Assembly: GCA_951406725.2 (NCBI GenBank)
Contig: OX597826.1
Span: forward strand, 53,878,001 to 53,942,000
Source: Octopus vulgaris
Lineage: Eukaryota
DNA length: 64,000 bases
Direction of reading: 5' to 3'
Under the pieces are notes generated by a model that made no database searches, had not been told where the DNA came from, and worked only from the letters and a program-made list of their open reading frames with translations. This document shows positions 51,172-61,980 of this stretch, piece after piece; positions within the stretch are counted from its first letter, which is position 1, and the number at the start of each line of letters is the position of its first letter. A program made the position numbers and the translations under genes.

Positions 51172-51655
51172 GACGGTGAGCTGGCAGAAATGTTATCACG
51201 CTGGGCGAAATGCTTAGTGGTATTTCGTCTGCCGTTACGTTCTGAGTTCAAATTCCGCCGAGGTTGACTTTGCCTTTCATCTTTTCGGAGTCGATAAATT
51301 AAGTACCTATTTCTTTACTACCCACAAGGGGCTAAACACAGAGAGGACAAACAAGGACAGACAAATGGATTAAGTCGATTAGATCGACCCCAGTGCGTAA
51401 CTGGTACTTAATTTATCGACCCCGAAAGGATGAAAGGCAAAGTCGACCTCGGCAGAATTTGAACTCAGAACATAGCGACAGACGAAATACTGCGAAGCAT
51501 TTCGCCCCGGCGCGCTAACGCCTCTGCCAGCTCACCGCCGATAAATTAAGTTACCAGTCGTGCACTGGGGTCGATGTAATCAACTTAATCCCTTTGTCTG
51601 TCCTTGTTTGTCCTCTCTATGTTTAGCCCCTTGTGGGCAATAAAGAAATAAGAAA
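51172..51655. mobile_element. SINE-B (+) containing an antisense SINE-B (51308-51540)
   Basis: Outer duplication agaaagacatccaca; inner duplication gataaattaagt(t)acc. Confidence 0.9.
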
Positions 51656-52216
51656 GACATCCACAGGTGTCTTGTTACAGAAGAAATAAAGATGGTAGTG
51701 ATGAGGATCCAGAGCGTATTCTCCAAACATCAACTGTTTACATTATAGTTTTAAAACAATTAGATAAGCATATGTTGTGTGTTTATTAAGTTTGTGGTAA
51801 ACGAATTCTGTAATAGAGTCTAATACACATAAAGCTATTTCACTTCACATACATTCATATTTCTGATGTTTCAGAAAATGTATGAAAACCACCACAACTT
51901 CTATTTCTATTTCCTCTTTTCCTTTTAAAGAAGACAATATGTTTCTAGTTCGAAACTGTTTCAATCTGCTTTGAAAAGCAATAAAAATGGATTTTAAATG
52001 AAGAACTGCAGACCTCACATCTAGTATATTGAAGTTAAATTTGGAGATATGTTTTATTTAACATAATTTTGATTCTCAATCTATTGGCATTGCTGATAAT
52101 ATCTGGTTTTAGGGCAAAGGAAACGTAAAAGCTAAAATAAGTGAGTTTAAATCGAGGAGATAAACAATTATCAAGTTCAGAGAAGCAGAGATGTTTGTGG
52201 TATAACAGTATGTTGA

Positions 52217-52281
52217 TGCATATTTTGGATTGTATCCAAAATAAACAGATGGCCTTTTTTGGATGCAGTCCAAAATGTGTG
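52217..52281 (+). ncRNA. Pre-miRNA-shaped hairpin (candidate)
   Basis: 25 contiguous pairs (5 G:U) and a 15-nt loop. Confidence 0.25.
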
Positions 52282-52332
52282 CATGTATGAATACAGGGAG
52301 GTTGCACCATTTCAGATGAATGAGCAACTTAC

Positions 52333-52426
52333 TGCAACATCAGGTAAACATGTTAGGCTGTACAGTGTTAGTATCTCTTAGGGCCGAGGTATTTTCCAGC
52401 TCTGAATAGGAAACCCAATCTTTGAT
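52333..52426 (-). other. Candidate 94-nt exon (stop-containing)
   Basis: cttctcttcttgattgtAG|atcaaag...gttgca|GTAAGT; stops in all three frames. Confidence 0.3.
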
Positions 52427-52509
52427 CTACAATCAAGAAGAGAAGTCAATAGAGATTTTACTGTATCATCACAGTATCACATTCTTTTTTTGATTCTTTC
52501 TAATTTCTG

Positions 52510-53086
52510 CTTCAGTCACTGGGCTGTGGCCATGCTGGAGCACTTCATTTAATATTTTTGGGGTTTATTTTACTTTTATTTTAGTCAGTTATAACATTCC
52601 TGATTTTCAGTCGTGAAGTAGTGAGTTCAATTCTAGGACTGAGTTGAATGCTGTACTTCAGTCACTGGGCTGTGGCCATGCTGGAGCACTTCATTTAATA
52701 TTTTTGGAGTTTATTTTATTTTTATTTTAGTCAGTTATAACATTCCTGATTCTCAGTCATGAAGTAATGAGTTTAATACCAGGACTGAGTTGAATGTTGT
52801 GCTTCAGTCACTGAGATGTGGCCATGTTGGAGCACTTCATTTAATATTTTGGTTTTTTTTATTTCTTTTAGTCAGTTATAACATTCCTGATTCTCAGTCG
52901 TGAAGTAGTGAGTTCAATTCCAGGACTGAGTTGAATGTTGTGCTTCAGTCACTGAGCTGTGGCCATGCTGGAGCACTTCATTTAATATTTTTTTTTTTTT
53001 AAATTTTTCTTTTAATCAGTTATAACATTCCTGATTCTAATTCGTGAAGTAGTGAGTTCAATTCCTGGACTGAGTTGAATGTTGTA
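52510..53086 (+). repeat. 4 x ~145-bp tandem repeat built from SINE pieces
   Basis: Units start at 52510, 52656, 52802 and 52943. Confidence 0.95.
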
Positions 53087-53340
53087 CTCTTGAGCAAGAC
53101 ACTTTATTTCACATTGCTTCAGTTTACTCAGCTGTAGAAATGAGTTACAACATCACTGGTGCCAAGCTGTATTGGCCTTTGCTGCTCCCTTGGGTAACAT
53201 CAGAGGCATGGAACGAGGAGGCTGGTATGCATGGGCGACTGCTGGTCTTCCATAAACAACCTTGCCTAGATTTGTGCCTTGGAGGGGAACTTTCTAGGTG
53301 CAATCCCATGGTCATTCCTGACTAAAGGGGGTCTTTACTC
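53040..53340 (+). mobile_element. SINE family C
   Basis: Continues directly from the last tandem unit; homologous to 7790-8141. Confidence 0.8.
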
Positions 53341-53849
53341 TTTATTTTGTCCTGGTACTTATTTCATCATTGTCATATACAGTGAAGAAACATGATCTAA
53401 TAATGGTTAGGGTGTTGCACTCATGATCACAAGATTGTGATTTCCATTCCCAGATCAGGTAATACATTGTGTTCTTGAGAAAAACACTTCATTTCACATT
53501 GCTATGCGATCACTTCAACATCTGAAGTGTAGCACTACGTGCAGCTGTACTGGCAATGTTAATTTGATGGAGAGCAAGAAAGAGTGAATTGATGTACAGC
53601 ACAAATGTTCTGTTACAATAAAACAAATCATTCATGCAAGCTGTTCAGCAATATGTAAGTCCCTCATCCGTCATTTATGACAGGAGAGTCCTCCCTCGCC
53701 ACCGTTTCATACAAATATTCTAGGTGGCTATTGGCAGGAGAGCAAAATTTAGTGGACATGTATATCACAGGATGTTCCTGCTCTGTTGGATATAATTTTT
53801 CACACCATGCTGATATAAATACACACATACACACACTCACACACGTATG

Positions 53850-54239
53850 TGGCTGTGTGGTAAATAGCTTGCTTACCAACCACATGGTTCTGGGTTCAGT
53901 CCCACTGTGTGGCACCTTAGGCAAGTGTCTTCTACTATAGCCTCAGACCGACCAAAACCTTGTGAGTGGATTTGGTAGACAGAAACTGAAAGAAGCTCAT
54001 CGTAAACATGTATATACATATATATATGTATGTGTGTGTATATGTTTGTGTGTCTGTGTTTGTCCCCTCAACATCGCTTGACAACTGATGGTGTGTTTAC
54101 GTCCCCGTAACTTAGCGGATCGGCAAAAGAGACTGATAGAATAAGTACTAGGCTTACAAAGAATAAGTCCTGGGGTCGATTTGCTCAAGCATGGTAGTGC
54201 TCCAGCATGGCCATAGTCAAATGGCTGAAACAAGTAAAA

Positions 54240-54241
<2 letters not shown>
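53850..54241 (+). mobile_element. SINE family A
   Basis: Full body and tail. Confidence 0.9.
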
Positions 54242-54287
<46 letters not shown>

Positions 54288-54359
54288 CCCCTCATGAAAA
54301 GCTACAGTTGTCCTTTTACCACCTCCATTACATAAAGCTTTACAAATATAAATATAATA

Positions 54360-54428
54360 AATAAATATATTTTTGCAAATAAATTTGATGCTTAAAGCAT
54401 CAAATTTATTTGCAAAAATATATTTATT
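54360..54428. repeat. Perfect 34-bp inverted repeat with 1-nt spacer
   Basis: aataaatatatttttgcaaataaatttgatgctt-a-aagcatcaaatttatttgcaaaaatatatttatt. Confidence 0.98.
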
Positions 54429-54902
54429 CAGTACTATCTAAATTTTAAATGATAAATTTCTAATCACATGAACTCTGTGTCTCTTAAAGTAAGTTTGTTT
54501 ACATCTGAAAATACCTAAACATTGTCCTCAAATAAGTAATTTTGTAACTCGATACTAAAATACACTTATTTTTCCTGAAGAGATCTAACAATATACCAAT
54601 TATTACATCTTTAAAAGTTATAATTATTGATGATTTTTAAATATTGTTATATCGAAACATATGTCTGTATATAGAATATCTTTTTGGATATTTTTGTATT
54701 TCTGAGTTATTTTGTTGGTTGATGCGGTTCATTTTATACTTTTATACTTGTTCTTATAGGTACATCTTTTCATCTTTTAATTTGCATTACTTTTCCAATT
54801 CTAATACATATAAAATTAACCAAGCATCTTTTTAAATTTTTATTCTCCACTTTTTTTTATTGACTTTTTATACACACACATAAGTATGTGTGTGTGTGTG
54901 TA

Positions 54903-55272
54903 TGTTCTCTTTTATTTCTTAATTATTTGAAATCTTCCAATCTTCCTGCGAGGAAGGAGCTAGTTTCTAACAAAGATATAAAGCTGTGTCATTGGAATGT
55001 AGATAGTAAAACAATGTCATGTTTTGAACTTGAGCAAAGTCTTGCATATTTTTACTGTTCCACTTACAGATTGTATATGTAATGTGCATGTTAGCTGGTT
55101 GATTTTTTTTTTCTGAAGATTCTAACTTTTGCATATGGTCATTTAGGCATTTACTTACAAAACCACATGCACCAATTAATAATGGTATAAATATGAATTT
55201 ATAATCTGGATACAAAAGCTGAACATTTTGAAGCAGTTGTTCATAGCTATCTCCTTTCTCATTGATTTTTCA
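54903..55272 (-). pseudogene. RLE-type (R4/Dong-like) non-LTR retrotransposon 3' end
   Basis: KINEKGDSYEQLLQNVQLLYPDYKFIFIPLLIGACGFVSKCLNDHMQKL(frameshift)...IQSVSGTVKICKTLLKFKT* matches the RLE tail EK..KY..L......P..IGA.G; flanked by microsatellites. Confidence 0.8.
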
Positions 55273-56884
55273 TTTAGGTATATGTATGTATGTATAAATA
55301 CATACATACATACATACATACATACATACATACATACAAACATACATGTATGTGGGAGAAAAGGATACATATGCAGTTTAGGTCCTCCTACTTACATACC
55401 AGTGTAAACCCTCCAAAACAAAACTACCATAAGGTAATTTAATTCACACCTACTTTCTTTTTAAATGTCCAACATAGCTGGAACCACCTCCAGGTTAGTT
55501 GATAATTTTTTTTTCCCAGTCTATAATCTGACTACAAAGTCTCTGATCATCTGGCCCCATCCAATTCTTATGCACCTGTGAGATTTGAATGTGGGTACGT
55601 CAGGTTCATTTTTTAAATTTGTTTTAAAGCACAACATGATCCCAAAACACAAACTGCTTTGGTCAAATTTTGTGATGCTAGTTTTCATACATTATTTCTG
55701 CTGAATAAGGGACAAGCTGGCAGAATCATTAGCACACAGGACAACAAATTTGGCAGCATTTCATCTGTCTTGATATTCTGAGTTCAAATTCTGCCAAGAT
55801 TGACTCTGCCTTTTTATATTTTGGTGGAGTTGATAAAATAAGTACCAGTCAAGTACTGGGGTCAATATAATCAACTACTGGCCCTGGACCAAAACTTGAA
55901 AACATTATTTTGGTTGAGTGTCATTCAAAATATCCAATGACAATTTCAATTTCTTTATCAAGCAATGACTGACTGTTTCAGTACATCCTATTGGTAGTTG
56001 TTTTCACTTGCCTTAGTTCAGGGTAGTCAGAGTAACCATGAATTTTATTGTAAATTCTCCACAACATGGTGACCAGCAGTTACCGAGCATCCAACTTCAG
56101 TAGCTTTGGTTTAAAAAGTCCATTTCATCTTTAAGTAATGGGACAGTTCTTGATTACTTCTTGGACAATATGCTTTTTCAGTTACTCATCACAATTACTT
56201 GATATAATCAAATAGTTGCTGACAGTTTTAGTTAGATAGTGTATAATATTAAATATTAAAATTAAAATACTTTTTCTAAAACGGTCTTGCATTGAGTGGT
56301 ATTCATTTTTGAGGCATTATTAATACTGTCAATCATTGTATTATAGCGATTAAAATTACACACACACACACGCATGCAAAATGAAAAAGCCTTCCATGCA
56401 ATCAGATTTTATTTATCAAATCTAAATCATGATATTGCTCAACATGAGATTATGGTTGAAGACACTGGCCCAACATTGCACACAATGGGACGTAACCCTG
56501 AATCACATGGTTGTGAAAGAAACAGCTTAACTATACAGTCATGTCTTACTCATCAGTCTTTCTTCTTTTTGAAAGGCATGGTGTATTATACAATGGTATT
56601 TAGTCATTCTAATCTCCTTTCATCTTCTCTTACACGTTTGAGTCATTAGACAGCCATGCTGTAGCATGACCTTGAAGGATGTAAATGAACAAATCAAACC
56701 CAGTAAATTTTATGCTTTTAAGTCTGGTCCTTATTCTATCAGTCTCTTGAGCCAAACCACTAAGTTATAGGGGACATAAACCATAAATAAATCAACACCA
56801 GTTGTTAAGTGAAGGAGAATAAACACAAAGACATTCACAAACACACAAATATATTTATATAGGATGGGTTTCTGTACAGTTTCT

Positions 56885-57265
56885 TATTTCTTTATTGACC
56901 ACAAGGGGCTAAACATAGAGGGGACAAACAAGGACAGAGAAAGGGGACAGCAGTATGTAACTGGTACTTAATTTATCGACCCTGAAAGGATGAAACGCAA
57001 AGTTGACCTCAGTGAATGTAACGGCAGACAAAATACCTATTTCTTTACTACCCACAAGGAGCTAAACACAGAGGGGACAAACAAGGACAGACAAATGGAT
57101 TAAGTCGATTACATTGACCTCAGTGCGTAACTGGTACTTATTTAATCGACCCCGAAAGGATGAAAGGCAAAGTGGACCTCGGCAGAATTTGAACTCAGAA
57201 TGTAAAGACAGATAAAATACTGCTAAGCATTTCGCCTGGCGTGCTAACGTTTCTGCCAACTCGCT
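56885..57265 (-). mobile_element. Dimeric SINE-B nested in antisense SINE-A (56620-57405)
   Basis: Two units joined at aaagaaatag|gtattt. Confidence 0.85.
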
Positions 57266-57738
57266 ATCTTACCAAATTCAGTCAAAAGGCATTCGTTGGG
57301 GTAGCGTTATAGTAGGAGAGGCTTACCCAAGGTACTGTGCAGTGGGGTTGAACCCAAGACCACTGGGTTCAAAGGAAGCTTCTTAACCACACAGCTATAC
57401 CTGTGCTTGTTTATATTATTCATTTATTCAGATTTAGAGCATAGAAATAGTGTAACATCAGCTCAAAATCTATTATTATTCTTGTGGCAGTATCATTATT
57501 GTATATTCCTTTAATGCATATTAAGCATATGTGTGTATAGGAGTTGCACCATTAAATATCTAAGAAAAAGGGGCTCATTTTTATTGTTCATAATAGCATG
57601 AGCCATTTTGTAGGACACATAAGATACTGCCCACCCATGACTTCTAATTTTTACTTTAGTATGATATCTAGTCACCAAAACATTTGACTTACAACAGAAA
57701 GACTATCTTCTTTGACAGCATCATCTTTGTCACTGACC

Positions 57739-57769
<31 letters not shown>

Positions 57770-58290
57770 TGTTTTAATGTTAATTTCACCTGGTTTGCAT
57801 GAGTCAGATGGAATTTACAGAGGTAGATTTTCTATGGCTGGACGCCATCAACCTCCACCTGTTTCTGAGCAGGGTAATATTTCTCCATGAGCAGACAGGT
57901 CTTTGAGGAAGAATGGAAACAAATGACATGGCTTGTGTGACAGAGAAGCTCATTTACAACTATTGCATGGCTTCAAAACAAGGAGAAAACACCAACACAA
58001 ACATACATGCGTACATACATACAAAGGCCTTTTTTCATTTCTATCAACCAAATCCATTCACAACACAGGTTGGCTCAAAGCTATAGTAGAATATTCTTTC
58101 CCAAAGTACCACACAGTGAGACTGAACCTGATACCATGAGATTGAGAAGCAAACATCTTAACCACACAGCCGTGCCTGCTTCTATGATTTTCAAATACTT
58201 TTCATCTAAATTGTAAAACAGCTGAAAATACAAATATAACTTGATAGGAACGGTGTTAATGGTAAAAAAGATAAAATATCAGATTCTTAC

Positions 58291-58397
58291 CTGAATTCTC
58301 AGTTTTCCATATTGTGTTGGGAGATATTGAGAGATACTCAGGATGGTAATGATCTGTAGGATAACTAATAATCCGTTTCTTTTGCCTAAATGCCCTA
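58291..58397 (-). CDS. Candidate 107-nt exon of an unidentified minus-strand gene
   Basis: Long polypyrimidine tract ttttcttttcttctcaaatttcAG and donor cag|GTAAGA; two open frames (RAFRQKKRIISYPTDHYHPEY... or GHLGKRNGLLVILQ...). Confidence 0.35.
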
Positions 58398-58934
58398 CTG
58401 AAATTTGAGAAGAAAAGAAAAAAAGAAAATCATCATCATCATCATCATCATCAAAATGCTTAGATATAATAGATAAGGACTGTCATATGTATATGTTTGT
58501 GTGTGCATGTGTGTGTGAATGTATCTTACTACATATACAGAAATATGAAAGAAGATCTTTCAGTCCATAAGAAAAAGTTAAGATCAACAAATTCAAAGCT
58601 AAGATTTTTGCACAATTTCAAATAATCAATTTTGGCATAGCTATGACACATATATAGACACAGACATACAGATATATTTTGTGGGCTAACAAGGTTATCA
58701 GTGGTTTTATGTAAAGAATCTCTTTACAGGAAACCAAGCCTTGTTATCCACAAATAAAGAATACTTATCCACCAACATAGTGTTGAGCACTGATTCCCAC
58801 TGCTTAATATTAGTGTATGTACTTGATAGGAAGTTAACACCAAATGACAAAAGCTTTCTACTTTCTCCACAAACCAACCAAAGCTTCATGAAAAGATGTG
58901 AAAACTAGAGAACCCTATTGTGTTTGTGCGTCAC

Positions 58935-59447
58935 CTGACTGGTGCCCATGCTGGTGGCACTTAGAAAGCACCAACTGAGTGTGGAAGATGCCAGTGCTAC
59001 CTGATTGGCACTCATGTTGTTGGAGATTGTAGTTGTGGCCGATGCCAGTGTTGCTTGACTAGCACCCATGCTGGTGACATGTAAAAAGCACCATGCAAGT
59101 GTGGCCGATGCCAGTACCATCTGACTGGCACTCATGCCATTGGAGATTGTAGTGGTGGCCGATGCCAGTGTTGCCTGAATGGCACCCATGCTGGTGGCAC
59201 ATAAGAAGCACCACCTGAGCATGGACAATGCCATTGCCACCTGACTGACACCTGTGCAGGTGGCATGTAAAAAGCACCCACTACAATCTCGGAGTGGTTG
59301 GTATTAGGAAGGCCATCCAGCTGTAGAAACCTTGTCAAATCAAATTGGAGCCTAGTGCAGTCTCACAGCACACCAGTTCCCAGTCAAACCATCCAATCCA
59401 TGCTAGCATGGAAAGTGGATGTTAAATGATGATGATAATGATGATGA

Positions 59448-59450
<3 letters not shown>
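58935..59450 (+). mobile_element. RTE 3'UTR copy with expanded internal tandem array
   Basis: About 120-bp duplication (59008-59127 / 59128-59245) plus (GAT)n tail. Confidence 0.8.
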
Positions 59451-59500
<50 letters not shown>

Positions 59501-60000
59501 ACTTTATAAAATTGATAGGTTTTGGCCAGTATAGGCCCAGGCCACATCCAACTTAATAGCACCACCTGATGAAGTCTTTCAGTCATATATGAGGCACTAT
59601 GGCCCACACGCCATATTCAGTCAATTGCTGAGAAAGATGATATATGAGTGTGTGTGTGTGTAAGCATGTACAAGTATGTGTTTACATGAGTGAGTTCAAA
59701 TTTCCCTTGTGTTTACTGGTGGACTGCAAACAAACAACACTATTGTCTACTTGTAGTCCAGTGTGAAAGCATGTCTGGTCTGTTTGATGCTTGATAGCCT
59801 GAAAGATTATTATCCTAAATGGGTGGGATGGTGACAGGAAGAGAATGTGGCAATAGAGTACTTAGCCCTACCATACTCTCATCTGACCCATGCAGGTATA
59901 GAAAAGTGGATGTTAAAATTATATATATATATTATTGGCTAAACTGGCAAAATGACCATTCCGAAATATATATATATATATGTATGTATATATGTATATA

Positions 60001-60335
60001 TCGGTTTGCTGTGCTTGAAAAGACTCGTCAAGCTAAGTAAAAGTGTGGTTGCCCTTGCATACAGGTTTGTCCCCTGCAACCCTTTCAAGCTGAGCAGCCC
60101 TAATCTCACAGGTGCTGGTGCAACATAAAAAGCATCTGTGTCTGTGCTGCATAAAATACATGCAGTACACTTTGTAAAGTGGTTGGTATTAGGAAGGACA
60201 TCCAGCCATAGAAACCATACCAAAACAGTCAGGGAGCCAGAACAGCCCTTCAGCTGGTCAGCTCCTGTCAAACTATTCAACCCATGCCAGCATGGAAAAC
60301 AGACATTAAACGATTATGATGATGATGATGATGAT
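60001..60335 (+). mobile_element. RTE LINE 3' end
   Basis: RFAVLEKTRQAK* matches the C-terminus of the 19.8-kb element, followed by the same UTR and (GAT)n. Confidence 0.8.
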
Positions 60336-60354
60336 GTATATATAAATATGTATA

Positions 60355-60401
<47 letters not shown>

Positions 60402-60404
60402 GCC

Positions 60405-60484
60405 CACGGGCATATGGCGTAGTGGTTAAGAGCACAGGCTACTAACCCCAAGATTCCAAGTTCAATTCCAGGCAGTGACCTGAA
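60405..60484 (+). mobile_element. Short tRNA-derived SINE or tRNA pseudogene
   Basis: A-box tggcgtagtgg, anticodon-like loop ctactaa, B-box agttcaattcc; no acceptor stem; lies in (TAT)/(AAT) repeats. Confidence 0.6.
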
Positions 60485-60819
60485 TAACATCAACAACAAT
60501 AATAATGTAGATATATTATATATTATAGACTATCCCATTGTTAAATGATGGATGAGAATGTCCCAATTTCCTGTTGAACCATCACACAGATGCTTTGTTT
60601 ATAGTGAACAAATACTTGTGTTTCCCCAAATCAAAATGACATTGCCTGTGCAGCTGCACAAGTGTAGAGCAATGTGAAATGAAGTGTTCTGCTCAAGAAG
60701 ACAACACACAATCTGGTCTGGGAATTGAAACCATCATCTTGCAATTGTGACTGCAACACCTGGCCACTAGAAAATGTTCGTCTGTCAGATTGTTCATATC
60801 ACTTTTTTTAATATTAATT

Positions 60820-61265
60820 TCAAATTTTGGCACAAAGCCAGCAATTTTGGAGGAGGGGTAAAGTGATTACATGAACTCCAATGATCAACTGGTACTTATT
60901 TTATCAACCCTGAAAGGATGAAAGGCAAAGTTGATCCTGGTGGAATTTGAACTCAGAATGTAAAGATGGATGAAATGCTACTAATCATTTTGCTCAGTAT
61001 GCTAATGATTCTGCCAGCTCACTACCTCAATACACTTTTTTTTTTAATATTAATTAGGTAATTAACATGACAAGCTGGCAAAATCATTAGCACACTGGGC
61101 AAAGTTTCAGTGGCATTTTGTTCATCTTTACTCTTGAATCCAAATTCCATTTCGTCTTTCGTCCTTTCGGGGTCAAGGAAATAAATACCAGTTTAGCACT
61201 GGGGTCAATGTAATTAACTTACCTTCTTCACATAAATTGCCAACCATGTGCCAAATTTTGAAATC
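60820..61265. mobile_element. Head-to-head SINE-B pair (- 60820-61030; + 61070-61265)
   Basis: Opposed degenerate copies about 40 bp apart. Confidence 0.75.
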
Positions 61266-61562
61266 AATATCAATTTGGTAATTAAAGGAGTGACAATCTA
61301 AGTCACTGATTGAATTCCCAGAGATGAAACTTTGTCTTTGAGAACAACTTGACATCACACAACGTTTTAAATAATAGATTATTGGCCCTTAAAATATTTT
61401 GCTTTATTTTTTTATTTGTAAACATTTTGACCCCAACCCACCTGTGATCATCTCCGTTTCACTGTTCTAAAACATTTCCTTTTAAAGTGTTCATACTGAA
61501 ATTGAAATCTTTTTAATCATAATTGTTAATCCTAATTTCATGTAACAATCTCTTGTAATGTT

Positions 61563-61980
61563 TCTTATTTTTTTATTGCCCAAAAGGGGCTACACATAGA
61601 GGGGACAAACAAGGACAGACAAACGGATTAAGTTGATTACATCGACCCCAGTGCGTAACTGGTACTTAATTTATCGACCCTGAAAGGATGAAAGGCAAAG
61701 TCGACCTTGGTGGAATTTGAACTCAGAACGTAGAGGCAGACAAAATAGCTATTTCTTTACTGCCCACAAGGAGCTACACACAGAGTGGACAAACAAGGAC
61801 AGACAAATGGATTAAGTCAATTACATGAACCCTAGTGTGTAACTGGTACTTAACTTATTGACCCCGAAAGGATGAAAGCAAAGTCGACCTTGGTGGAATT
61901 TGAACTCAGAATGTAGCGGCAGATGAAATACCACTAAGCATTTCGCCCGGCGTGCTAACGTTTCTGCCAGCTCGCCGCCT
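61563..61980 (-). mobile_element. Dimeric SINE-B
   Basis: Two units joined at aaagaaatag|ctattt. Confidence 0.9.

Noticed and set aside
58935-59280. Repeat-spacer appearance of the GGTGGCAC..AAAAGCACC units
   Set aside because: The apparent spacers are homologous to each other; this is a tandem array inside an RTE 3'UTR.
59567-59600. CTGATGA as a hammerhead core (also 13503 and 15955)
   Set aside because: No stem II followed by GAAA.
60405-60484. Functional tRNA gene
   Set aside because: No acceptor stem pairing and a mismatched anticodon stem.
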